A stretch of DNA of 64,000 nucleotides from Thermoanaerobaculia bacterium (GTDB lineage: Bacteria; Acidobacteriota; Thermoanaerobaculia; Multivoradales; Multivoraceae). The DNA lies in NCBI GenBank assembly GCA_963664405.1, contig OY761158.1:2176001-2240000 (forward strand). The letters are read 5' to 3'. Within the stretch, counting starts at the first letter, position 1; each line of letters opens with the position of its first letter. The position numbers were made by a program, and so were the translations under genes. The notes beneath the pieces are model-generated. The model was given only the letters and a program-made list of their open reading frames with translations. It was not told the origin of the DNA and did no database searches. Below are positions 1 through 9,762 of the stretch, in pieces.

Positions 1-461
1 AACCCCCACGGCAGATTCGCGCGCGGTAGCCCGGCCGACAGACACTTCACTCGCGGATCGAGGTGCGCGAGCTTGTCTTGGTTGGCCATGATCTCTTCCC
101 GTTTCGCCGCCGCCCACGGTTGCAACGGAATCTTCCCGTCCGGGGGATCCACGACCAGCGGCGTTTCAATGGCAGCGGGCAGCGATGGAGCATCCGGGTC
201 TGGTTCGAAAAGGCTCGCAGGGGGGGCATCGATAGTGGCACCTTCCGGACGCCACAGTTCGTCCACCGGCGTTTCCACCGGCTGGTGCGCGCCGCGGTCC
301 CAGGGACCTCGCAAGTCCGGGTCGCCCCACGGTGTGCGTGGAGACGTATAGGCCTCGCCTTGGGCAGCTTCGCCGGAGGCTTCAGCGACGACAAGCGGCA
401 CTAGCGCCGCGAACGCCACGGCGGTGAGGAGACCGAGCGGAGCGAAGGACCGACGTATCAC
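1..461 (-). CDS. Secreted hypothetical protein (TPWGDPDLRG..W family), runs off the window edge; near-identical copy of 17008-17961
   Basis: 1-461 matches 17501-17961 except for a few substitutions; GTG start at 461; open frame to the window edge. Confidence 0.8.
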   Translation of the reverse strand, partial: MIRRSFAPLGLLTAVAFAALVPLVVAEASGEAAQGEAYTSPRTPWGDPDLRGPWDRGAHQPVETPVDELWRPEGATIDAPPASLFEPDPDAPSLPAAIETPLVVDPPDGKIPLQPWAAAKREEIMANQDKLAHLDPRVKCLSAGLPRANLPWG

Positions 462-856
462 CTACTGACCCTCCAGCGATTGCAGGATGAAATCGACGCA
501 GTCGTACTCCAGGAGCTGAAGTCCCTGTTCCACGCGCCGATACAGCGGCATCCTCATCTTCCAGGGGCGCGTGAACACTTTCGGGTCCTCGATGGTGACC
601 TCGTACTCGATGTGGTACGGGCTGGTGGGCGTGAAGCGTTCAACCACATGCAAGGCATCGCTATGGAAATTCCCCGCCGCGTCGAACCACGTCCGGTCGA
701 TGAAATGGGTGGTGTCGACGACCAAGGTGTCTCCCTCCCAATGGCCGCGGGAGTCGCCCATCCAGAAATCATTCGGCAGCGGATGTGGGCTGCCATCCGT
801 GTAGATGATCCGAACCGCGTGGGCGAACTCGAAGGTCATCACCACGTGGTCCGGCG
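462..856 (-). pseudogene. 3' half of a hypothetical protein (copy of 17962-18711), 5' part replaced by DUF3604 sequence
   Basis: Matches 17962-18356; identity stops abruptly at ~857, where DUF3604 coding sequence begins. Confidence 0.75.
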
Positions 857-2284
857 CACGCCCGCCAAGCCCGAAGCTCCCCAAGTGGACAACAACTCCG
901 TTGGTGGCGCCGGTCCAACCGAAGAAGCCGTAGAGCGTTCCTGGGCTTGAGCGGCGTCCTCCCAGGTCGTAGCACCCCCCGGCGGCACCGACCCGCGCCC
1001 CTCCGGCGTCGCATCCAGGACCCCGAGCTTGCTGAAGAATTTCGACTCCTTGTACGACGCGCCCGCATTGTGGCTGTCGCTCGAGCCGATCACTCCGAAC
1101 CGGTAGGGGTTGAAGCCCTTGTCTTCCTCGAACGCGAGGCCGGCAAGGTAGGCGTCGCGCACAAAGCTGCCACGCACGTTTTCTAGGTTCGACCTGGCTG
1201 GGGGGAGGTACTCGAGCTCGAAGTCGGCCCACTCGTCGTTCGGAGAGAGCAGGGGGTGTGTCTCCGAAGTGCCCTTTACTTGGGTCATCTCGACGAGCGG
1301 TTCATTGCGCATCCGCAGCCGAGCGTACGCCGCGTCGAAGGGCTCGCCCGACTCCTGCTGGCGCGCGAATCTACGGCCGGCGCTCTGGTTCGAGTTGTGC
1401 GGGATCGCCAGGGCTTCGATGCCCTGTTCACGCAAGCCCTCGAGCCAATCCCAGAGATCCTCAGGGTTCAGCGAGTCGAGTCGAGTGAAGGGCAACTCGG
1501 GCGCTTTCGAGCCACGGAAAATGACGTTGCGGTGTTGATTGCCTCCCTCGGGGTGCGACGACGTGTATTCATAGGCGACGAACGTCGTGAGCTTGCCAGG
1601 CTTGTAGTTACGCTCCGCCGAAGCGATGATCTCCCGCCATGCCGAACGTGAGGCCTCGGTGTCGGGATGGTCGCCGAGAAACGAAGTGGCAGTTTGGAAG
1701 GCCCCGAACATCTCGTTGGCGGTTTTCGCGTCGAGAAAGCGACGGGCTTCGGGATCGTCGTGGAGCGGATGGCCAGGATCGGTCATCGCCGACCACGCGC
1801 CCAGATACATACCGTGGTCGGTGACGGCGTAGAAATCGAGCGCGCGATCGAGCTGGATATCGTGGCCGGCGGGATGTTTGATTGCTTCCCCGCGGGCATA
1901 GCTGTAGGCGACGTCTGGTGACGCGCCGCGTGCCGAAGGCGAACGCGTCTGTTACCGGCTGCCTCGAAACGCACTTTCCTGGCTGCCAAAAGCGCTCGCC
2001 TTTCACGACCCTGCGGAGCCCGCCTGCCGGCGGGGATGATGTCGAAGTGATGTCCTAGCAGCCGCTTAGCCGCCTCCGGATCCAGGTCGACGTGGCGCTT
2101 CTTGGGTTGCTCTCGGCCAGCCAGAAAAGTGCGCATTTTGCCAGCCGTTTACAGCGTCGAACGAGAATTGCGTATGGATGTGCAGATCGCCGAAGTAGGC
2201 GTTGCGCTCCGCACCCGCGGCGGCGTAGTTGACACACAAGGCGCAAAGGGTCACTGCCGCAATGCGATGGACTTGTCTCGTCAA
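857..2284 (-). pseudogene. DUF3604 (PHP-fold) protein pseudogene
   Basis: Motifs NAYFGDLHIHT, FYAVTDH, AYEYTS, AIPHNSN, GSSDSHN as in paralog 51840-53756; interrupted by a 204-bp insertion, a further frameshift near 1925-1930, and truncated after GLAGV at ~857. Confidence 0.85.
1950..2153. mobile_element. Non-autonomous IS21-like miniature element (204 bp)
   Basis: TGT...ACA ends, imperfect ~36-bp terminal inverted repeats (27/36 by eye), flanked by direct repeat GCGTC (1945-1949 and 2154-2158). Confidence 0.85.
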
Positions 2285-2598
2285 CGTTTCCTCCATAGTG
2301 GCGGCGACCACGTGCCGCGAGCTTCCAGGGTAGCGAAAAACATCAGGCAGAATAAACCACCGGCCCTGCAGCTCGCTCGGGAAAGCGCGGGCCTGTCGCC
2401 GATGGTGGCGCTCTGCGACACGGATAGCCCGCATCGAATGAGTCCGGGGAAGGCTCTCTAGGGCCGGGCTCTCGGCAATGAGCTGGGCGCTGTTCTGATG
2501 AACTGCGCTAGGGCCTACAGCGCGGCGACGAGTTGTCGGTGGTCCCGGCGGCAACCTAGATTTCGACGTTGACCTGCGGTCCAGAACGTGTTAAATCC

Positions 2599-2634
2599 AA
2601 CGGGCGGCTAGTTTTCCCAGCCGCCCGTTTCTTT
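2599..2634 (+). terminator. Intrinsic terminator-like hairpin
   Basis: AACGGGCGGCT / AGCCGCCCGTT 11-bp stem followed by TCTTT. Confidence 0.45.
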
Positions 2635-2715
2635 GCGCCGCCTATGCCGTCGGTCCACGACCCCGGAAACTCTGTCAGCTTCAGACAATAGAAATCAAGA
2701 AAGGAGTTGTTGGCC

Positions 2716-3822
2716 ATGCCACCCATCTCTGGACCTGCCGACGGACCGGTGGCCGTCACAGGCGCGTCGGGCTACATCGGATCCCACGTCGTCAAGAACC
2801 TCATCACGGCCGGGTACACGGTGCGAGGTTGCGTGCGCGACGTCAGCCGTGATGAAAAAGTGTCGTTACTTCGGGCGCTGAACAACCATGGGAGTGGAAG
2901 CGTCGAGGTCTTTGCGTGCGATCTCTTCAAAGCCGATGAAGGCGCATACGACGAGGTTTTTTCGGGGTGCTCGGCTGTATTCCACGTCGCGGCGGATATC
3001 GGAAGTGATCCGGCGTACGGCAAACCGGATCCCCAGCGCGTGTACGACGGGTGCATGACGATGACCAAAGGCGTGTTGGACTCATGCCTGAAGGCTGGCA
3101 CTGTAAAGCGCGTCGTTTACACATCATCCTTTGCTGCCGTCAGTGGTGGACAAGGTGGGATCGAGGGCCACGAGTACAAAGACGACGACTGGGCCGGGCC
3201 CGGACCTTATGAGACGATCGAAGCCAGGTGGACCGTAGCAGATCCGGCGACGGGCAAGCCAGAAGAGCGGTGGAGCATCGAACGGACGGCGTATGCGAAG
3301 GGCAAGGTAGATGCCGAACATTACGGTTTCGGTTTCGGCGAGCAGTATGGAATCGACGTAGTCTCGTGCAATCCGTGCCATGTATTGGGCCCCATCCTGG
3401 GCAAATCACAAAACGCCAATTGGCAACATCGCATCGGACAGATGTTGATGGGTCAGAGCGGCCACGAAGGACGCCGCAACACGCTTTGGAATATCGTCGA
3501 TGTGCGCGACATTGCGGAGTCGCAGCGGCTGATGGCAACCAGTAGCGTGGCGAAAAACGGTTCTCGGTACATGCTGGTGGCGACCGACGAGTCGGGTCAG
3601 CTCACGGTGCAAGAACTCATCGACACATTGCGTGAACTTTTTCCCGAACTAGACGTGGCGGGTGACTATATACCGCCGCAGACACACAATGGGCCGCGAG
3701 CTGTATGCACAAAAGCGATCCAGGAACTCGGGCTGAAAACACACAGCGTGCGACAAACCCTCAAGGACACCGGAGACTCGTTGATTGAGTTCGGTGCGAT
3801 CCAGCCAGCCCGAAAGCGGTAA
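2716..3822 (+). CDS. NAD-dependent epimerase/dehydratase (dihydroflavonol reductase-like extended SDR)
   Basis: VTGASGYIG Rossmann motif, VYTSS, YAKGK catalytic YxxxK; AAGGAG RBS before ATG 2716. Confidence 0.9.
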   Translation: MPPISGPADGPVAVTGASGYIGSHVVKNLITAGYTVRGCVRDVSRDEKVSLLRALNNHGSGSVEVFACDLFKADEGAYDEVFSGCSAVFHVAADIGSDPAYGKPDPQRVYDGCMTMTKGVLDSCLKAGTVKRVVYTSSFAAVSGGQGGIEGHEYKDDDWAGPGPYETIEARWTVADPATGKPEERWSIERTAYAKGKVDAEHYGFGFGEQYGIDVVSCNPCHVLGPILGKSQNANWQHRIGQMLMGQSGHEGRRNTLWNIVDVRDIAESQRLMATSSVAKNGSRYMLVATDESGQLTVQELIDTLRELFPELDVAGDYIPPQTHNGPRAVCTKAIQELGLKTHSVRQTLKDTGDSLIEFGAIQPARKR

Positions 3823-4019
3823 GCGCCGGCATTGCTGCCGGCTGCCGCGTCCGCACCCGGTAGTAAGCCTAGGCCGAGACCATCAGGGGATAGTGTTTTC
3901 TATTCGGCACCACTGATCGTATCGCGCTGCTCGAGCGTGCAGGAAGCACTGTTGCGGCCGTGGTGCATGGTCGGTGCGACGGAGACAGCTATCTCGACTC
4001 GATCCATCCGGCGCGCCAC

Positions 4020-6340
4020 CTCCGCCAGCCTCGAGACGGAGGTGGCGGAGAACTTGAGCTTCGGTGGGCGCCAATATCAATCTTCCTTCAACGCACTGCC
4101 TGGCGTCACGCACTCCGCCAGGTCGCGGAGGCAGAGCGACCAGAAGATGGCGGTCAACGGCGGCCAGGACACCGAGGTGGCAGGCATGATCGACGGCATC
4201 GACTCGAGCTTCTCCCGCTTGAACGGCAGCGCGCGCACGTTCCTGCCCACCACCTCCCTTCAGGAGGTGCAGCTGGAAAGCGCCGGTTTCTCGACCGAGT
4301 ACGGGCGGGTGGTCGGTGGGGTCACCAACGCGGTGGTCAAGAGCGGCACCAACACTTTCCACGGCCAGTTTCTCTACATCCCCCAGAGCGAGAAGTGGCG
4401 GGCCGCCGACAAGAATATCGACATCCCCCGCTCGGACTCGATCATCTCGAGCTTCGAGGCCAACCTCGGCGGACCCATCGTCAGCGACAAGGCATGGTTC
4501 TTCGCCGCTTACGCCGAGCTGGACCAGAATCGCGTCGACATCCTCGGCGCGACCGGCACCACCTACGCCGCCGGCCGCACCAACGAGACGCCGCTCCTCA
4601 AGCTCACCTTCCAGCCCAACGACCGCAACCAGCTGAGGCTGCTGGGAATCGATAGCCCGACCAGGGTGCTCGCGATCCCCCCCACCTCCGGCGACGAGTT
4701 TTCCCCCTTCCCCATCGAGCTCCCCGTCGACCTGGTGACGGCGAGCTGGGCCTATGTCGTCAGCCCGTCGGCGTTCTTCGAGCTGCGCGTCGCCAGCCAG
4801 CAAAACGATGAGCTGCGAGGGCCGCTCTTGAACCACCCGATCGACCCCAACGCCAGCCCGGACGATCCCCTCGGAAACAACTTCCAGTATTTTGACTTTG
4901 GCCCGCGCCACTTCTTCAACGCCTTCGCAGCGGGCGCTGGATCGGGATTCAGAGAGATTCCGCGGCGACAAAGGTAACGCCTCGATGAGCCTGTTCCGTG
5001 GCAGTAACGAGATCAAGTTCGGCATCGACTACCAGGACATCGAAATGACGAGCTTCAATAAGATCGACCAGCGCTTCAATGGAAGAGGCTTCAACACCGT
5101 TCTGCCCGGCGGCTTCGCGGTGCCGAGCTTCAAGGACGTCTTCGACCCGGCGGACCCGTTCACGACCACCACCGACGTTGCCTCCGCTTACGCCCAGGAC
5201 CGCCTCGATGTCGGCGACCGTTGGAGCGTACATTTCGGCCTGCGTCTCGACAGCCAGACGGCCGACAACGACGCCGGTGAGGAAGCCGTCTCGTGGACCA
5301 AGGTCGCGCCCCGCTTCGGTGCGGTCTACGACCTCAAGGGCGACGGCCACCTGCTGCTCAAGGCCTCGGCTGGGCGCTACTACCAGATCATCCCCCAGGT
5401 CCTGATCGACAATGAGTTCGCCCGCCAGCCCACCGGCCTCAATATCTTCAACCGATTCGGGTGGAATCCCGTGAGCCAGCGCTACGACATCTTCCAGCGT
5501 CGTTCGATTACCGCTCTGGACACTGAGCTCCAGGAGATCGATCCCTACTTTAAGGACGAGGTCACGGTCGGTACGCAGTGGCAGTTCTCGGACGCCTGGG
5601 TGTTCGAGGCGCAGGCGATCTGGTGGGAGCTCTCCGATCTCCTCTGGGCCTCCGACCAGTTCGACGCGGCCGGCGCGGTCTATCGCGACGTGCGCAACTG
5701 GGACGCCGGCTTCCGTGACTACCTCGGGCTGCGTCTCGAGATCAACCGCGCCTTTCGCCGCGGCTGGACCCTGCGCACCAACTACACCCTGAGCAGGAAC
5801 GAGGGCAACAACTTCGGCCGCAATGACAACAGCTTTACCCTCGACGACGACCTCTTCGAGGGTCTGGGGGGGATCGAGGTCGGCACCGGCGCTACCGACG
5901 CCACCTCGGTCTTCCGCGATGGGCGCGGCTTTCTCGATCGCACCCACAACCTGAACGTCGTCGCGCTCAAGCAGTTCACAGTTGGGGAGCAGGTCTTCGC
6001 AATCGGGGGGTACCTGGCCTTCCGCAGCGGCGAGCCTTGGGGCCTGCGTCGAACGACCCAGGTCGTGCACCCGCAGTCGGGCCAGTCGATCCGCACCACC
6101 TCCTACCGTCAGCCACGCGACGCCATCGAGCTAGAGAACACCATCCGGCTGAGCTTGACCGGCTCCTGGAACTTCCCGATCAAGGGGCGCGTCGAGGGCC
6201 GCCTGGCGATCGAGGTTGTGAACCTCAACAACGAGCAGGAGCTGATCGGCATCAACCGGGCGAACAGCCGGCCGATACCGGGCATCGCGGCCTACCAGTT
6301 GCCGAGGGAGATCAGGGGGCAGATCGGCATCCAGTTCTAG
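4020..6340 (+). pseudogene. TonB-dependent receptor (Oar-like), 5'-truncated and frameshifted paralog of 23208-25910
   Basis: Identity to the intact copy starts at SASLETEVAE, so ~130 aa including the signal peptide are missing; extra A at ~4970 (CGACAAAGG vs CAACAAGG) splits ORFs 3832-4977 and 4892-6340; C-terminal Phe retained. Confidence 0.85.
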
Positions 6341-6351
6341 AAGGGCCCTGC

Positions 6352-6485
6352 TTACAACGACCGCGCCGGCTCGAGGAGCGACTCGGCAAGACCCTCGCAG
6401 AGCGTCACGAGCTCGGCCTCCGACGAGGCGAACGCGGTGACGATCACTTGATCGGCACCCGCTTCGCGATACGCCGCGATCTGAT
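6352..6485 (-). pseudogene. Orphan C-terminus of an LLM-class flavin-dependent oxidoreductase
   Basis: Reads QIAAYREAGADQVIVTAF...LLEPARSL*; no N-terminal part present. Confidence 0.55.
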
Positions 6486-6486
6486 T

Positions 6487-6672
6487 TATGCCAGCCTCTC
6501 TCCCGACGGATCGAAGATCTCAAGTTACAGCATAGTCGGCGAAGTCTTCATTTTCGAAACCGGCATCGCACCTGATTTGTTCGGGCAAACCACAGCGACT
6601 CGCGACAACCGGACCATCTACTTCACACGCGACAAGACCGAAGCCGACATCTGGCTGCTGGAGGTCCGGTAG
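6487..6672 (+). pseudogene. Orphan C-terminus of a TolB/PD40 beta-propeller protein
   Basis: SLSPDGSKI...TIYFTRDKTEADIWLLEVR* is typical of the ends of kinase-TolB propeller proteins; no start. Confidence 0.5.
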
Positions 6673-6726
6673 ATTCCAGATTCCAGATTCCAAAGCCCAG
6701 AACCCAGCGCCTAGAACCCAGCACCC
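6671..6726 (+). repeat. Degenerate heptamer tandem repeat (8 units, AGATTCC/AGAACCC)
   Basis: agattcc x3, aaagccc, agaaccc, agcgcct, agaaccc, agcaccc between convergent gene ends. Confidence 0.7.
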
Positions 6727-8021
6727 TGCACAGCCAGGTCCACTGCCAGAATCGACTCGCGGTCGCGGACATAGAGCGTCGTACCGACCACAGTCGGGAC
6801 GGTCCAGGCTCGCGATTTGAGCAGTTCGACTTTGGACAGGATATTCAAGCCCTTCTCGCCGAGCCGGCCCAGAGCCAGATGCCCGTCTTCATCCACCATC
6901 ACGAATTTGTTGTCGGCGAAGATGATCTGCGCCTTGGCCAGGCCTCGCTGACGCCACAAAACCTGGCCTGTCTTCACATCGACTCCCATAAAGAAAGCCG
7001 GCCCAAAGTCCCCGCTGGAGCCGTAAACTGCATCGCCCACGCGGATCACGCTCCCGTAATGAACGCGCATTCGGGAGCTGAACCAGAGCTCTCGCACCGA
7101 GGTTGTCCCGTTCTCCTGCTTCAATTCGATGACACGGCTTCCGCCGTCGTAAGCCGATGACATGTAAAGCAGGTTGTCGTTGCCCCAAACGGGGAGACTG
7201 ATGTTGAGGTCGAATTCTGTCTTGTGGGGGTGGCTCCAATAGAGATCACCGTTCTCCGGGTTCAAGCCGATGATTTCTTCGGCCATGAAGAGAATCAACT
7301 GCTCCTGCCCGTCCACCTGAATGAGAAGTGGAGAGGAAGGAGATAACTTGAAATCGTGTCTCTTCCAGGCTACCGAGCCGTCGCTCTGACGGAAAGCCAC
7401 CACGGCCTGGCCTGGTCCGCCCAGCGGCAGGATCACAGTATCCCGGTAAGCCAGAGGGCTGGATGCATAGCCGCGGTTCGTCTTCATACCGATTCGCGGC
7501 ATGGAGAATTCGTTGTAAAGATCCCGAGACCACAGCAGTTGGCCCGTCCGCCTGTCCAGCGCCTGCAGCCTGGCCATCACGCCCACGGCAAAGAGCCTGT
7601 CACCTGCAATCAGTGGAGTAGAATAGGGCCCGGATCCCCAATGCGGGTCCATTTTCTCCACAAGATACTCTTCATACCGATGTTCCCACCTGGTTTGGCC
7701 GGTCCCGGCGTCCAGTGAAACGACCACCTCCTCACCTTCCCTCTCCCCGGTCGTATCTCGATACATCGTGAATAGAGCATCGTTCTCCGCCACGATTGCG
7801 GAGTACCCGTCTCCGAGTCTTCGCCTCCAGAGTACTGGGGGGCCCTCCTCGGACCAGGCCTCGGCAAGTCCCGTGGACTTGACCTGGAAGTCCCGACCGG
7901 GCCCACCCCACTGGGGCCAGGAGGGCGAAGAATCGACACTGGGGTTCTGAAAAGCGAAGGCGGCAACAACGCCAGCCGCCGAGGCGCAGGCGAGGATTAT
8001 TCGGCAGTGTTTCAAAGGCAA
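6711..8021 (-). CDS. PQQ-binding-like (BamB-type) beta-propeller protein, secreted
   Basis: Signal peptide, WPQWGGP, repeated LDAxTGxxxW blades. Confidence 0.88.
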   Translation of the reverse strand: MPLKHCRIILACASAAGVVAAFAFQNPSVDSSPSWPQWGGPGRDFQVKSTGLAEAWSEEGPPVLWRRRLGDGYSAIVAENDALFTMYRDTTGEREGEEVVVSLDAGTGQTRWEHRYEEYLVEKMDPHWGSGPYSTPLIAGDRLFAVGVMARLQALDRRTGQLLWSRDLYNEFSMPRIGMKTNRGYASSPLAYRDTVILPLGGPGQAVVAFRQSDGSVAWKRHDFKLSPSSPLLIQVDGQEQLILFMAEEIIGLNPENGDLYWSHPHKTEFDLNISLPVWGNDNLLYMSSAYDGGSRVIELKQENGTTSVRELWFSSRMRVHYGSVIRVGDAVYGSSGDFGPAFFMGVDVKTGQVLWRQRGLAKAQIIFADNKFVMVDEDGHLALGRLGEKGLNILSKVELLKSRAWTVPTVVGTTLYVRDRESILAVDLAVQGAGF

Positions 8022-8140
8022 GGCCTCCTATCATGTCTGCCGACGGAGTCATTGTCGAGGGTTTTGACACGGATTGTCTTTCCACGAGCCAGCACTCGGC
8101 TTCATGCCCGGATTCTCGTCCAGGTGGGTAGCGGCCGACG

Positions 8141-8231
8141 TCCGACCTACATGTTGGACGGCCGGCAATACATCGCGCTCACCGTCGGCGGAGAGACGCC
8201 GGCATTGATCGCGCTCAGACTACCGTCCTGA
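8141..8231 (+). pseudogene. Orphan 3' tail of a third PQQ-dependent dehydrogenase copy
   Basis: TYMLDGRQYIALTVGGETPALIALRLPS* nearly identical to the ends of 11226-13379 and 13488-15641. Confidence 0.8.
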
Positions 8232-8232
8232 G

Positions 8233-9576
8233 TCACTCGTAATCTGTCGAGCCCAACGACACGGAGATGATCTCCTCGTCGTTTCTCATGTAGACGTGTT
8301 TGTTGGCGTAGGCCGGGTGAACCCAGCTCACGTAACGCAGCTCGCGCCGGTTACCAGGTGGCGACGTGGGCTTGATGAGATGAGTCCGGCTGATTTCCTC
8401 GTAGCCTGACGGGCTCAGTCTGGCGATGATCAAGTCGCCGCGATCGTTATTGATGAACACTAGATCGCCATTCTGGACCAAGAACCCGGACACCCAGCGC
8501 CGTCGTTCGGTGGTCGCTTCCTGCGTTTCCCAGACCCGCTCGCCGGTCTCGGCGTTCAAGCCACGCAGTTGGCCGTAGCTGCAGATGCCGTAGATGTACC
8601 CTCCATCGATGATCGGCGTCGCCAACACGGCGTGCAGCCCGTCGGTCTGAATCTCACTCTTGCTCGTGCCCTTCCAGGCGACCGTGGCGCCGGGTCTCTC
8701 CCGGTCGAGGTTCAGCATCAAGGGTCCGTCGTAGAAGGTCGTGAAGAACAGCTGATCTTTGATCTGTGCCGGCACCGCGATGGTCATCGCGCCACCGACC
8801 GTGTAGGGCTGCCGCCAGTAGAGCTCGCCGCTCACCGGATCGAGTGAGACGATTTCTTCCGGATTCCATACGATGAGCTGCCGCGCGCCACCCGCCTCGA
8901 TAATGATCGGTTGCGCGACGCCGAGGTCCGCTTCGCTGGGCAGGGCACGCCAGAGCTCCTCACCGCTCATCTTGTCGAACACCACCACCCGTGCGTTCTG
9001 TGGGCCGCCGACGAAGCAGATGAGCCGTGGGCCGTCGACCAGCGGCGCGCTGGCAAAGCCCCAGTCGAAACCCCACTGCATCCGATCAACGCCGTAGTCC
9101 TCGGCGTAGTCTTTTCGCCACAGGAGTGCGCCGGTCTCGACATTGAGCGCCGACAGGACGCCGGTGCGCCCCAAGACATAGACGCGGTCCCCATCGACCG
9201 TCGGGGTCGCGCCGGGGCCCGTCTCCCACTGAATCCCGGCGTAGTCTGCGTCCCACTGCTGAGTCCACAAGATGCGACCGGTCGCCTCATCGAGCGCCAG
9301 CGCCCGCTCGATTCCACGCATGCCCTGGGTGGCTTCGAAATCGGTGACAAAGACGCGCCCGTCGAGAACGGCGGGGCCTGCATAACCTGCCTTGATAGGA
9401 GTCCGCCAGAGCGCCTTCAGACCCTCGGCGGGGAACTCTTCCAAGAGCCCGGTCTCGTGCCAGACGCCGAGGCGGCCCTTGCCTCGAAACTCCGGCCAAT
9501 CGTCGCCACGCGTCCCCGTCGCACCCGCCAAGATGGATGTGACACACGCGAGCACCACCGTGAGTCTGCTGGTCAT
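8233..9576 (-). CDS. PQQ-binding-like beta-propeller protein, secreted
   Basis: Signal peptide, DWPEFRG, blade repeats, WVHPAYAN C-terminal motif. Confidence 0.88.
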   Translation of the reverse strand: MTSRLTVVLACVTSILAGATGTRGDDWPEFRGKGRLGVWHETGLLEEFPAEGLKALWRTPIKAGYAGPAVLDGRVFVTDFEATQGMRGIERALALDEATGRILWTQQWDADYAGIQWETGPGATPTVDGDRVYVLGRTGVLSALNVETGALLWRKDYAEDYGVDRMQWGFDWGFASAPLVDGPRLICFVGGPQNARVVVFDKMSGEELWRALPSEADLGVAQPIIIEAGGARQLIVWNPEEIVSLDPVSGELYWRQPYTVGGAMTIAVPAQIKDQLFFTTFYDGPLMLNLDRERPGATVAWKGTSKSEIQTDGLHAVLATPIIDGGYIYGICSYGQLRGLNAETGERVWETQEATTERRRWVSGFLVQNGDLVFINNDRGDLIIARLSPSGYEEISRTHLIKPTSPPGNRRELRYVSWVHPAYANKHVYMRNDEEIISVSLGSTDYE

Positions 9577-9595
9577 CTCCGCCCCCGCTCGTTAC

Positions 9596-9762
9596 CTAGT
9601 GGACCGTAACCCCCAAACGTTTAGCGCCTGAGCGGCCCTCGCGGCCGATCTCAGCGTTGCGCCTCCTCGACATATTGCCCAATATGCCTGCGTCGGCGCG
9701 CCTTGATCTCGACCACGAATGACTCGCTCAGCCACTAAACGTTTGAGGTTACGGTCCACTAG
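9596..9762. mobile_element. CTAG-bounded palindromic miniature element, family A
   Basis: Inverted arms CTAGTGGACCGTAACC..CAAACGTTTAG; core shared with 33115, 42705 and 56288. Confidence 0.8.

Noticed and set aside
462-1232. 256-aa ORF as a real gene
   Set aside because: Its N-terminal half is an alternative frame of the DUF3604 pseudogene created by the junction at ~857
1689-1698. Another CAGTTTG occurrence as a SECIS element
   Set aside because: Lies antisense to the DUF3604 coding strand, with no plus-strand gene or matching stem
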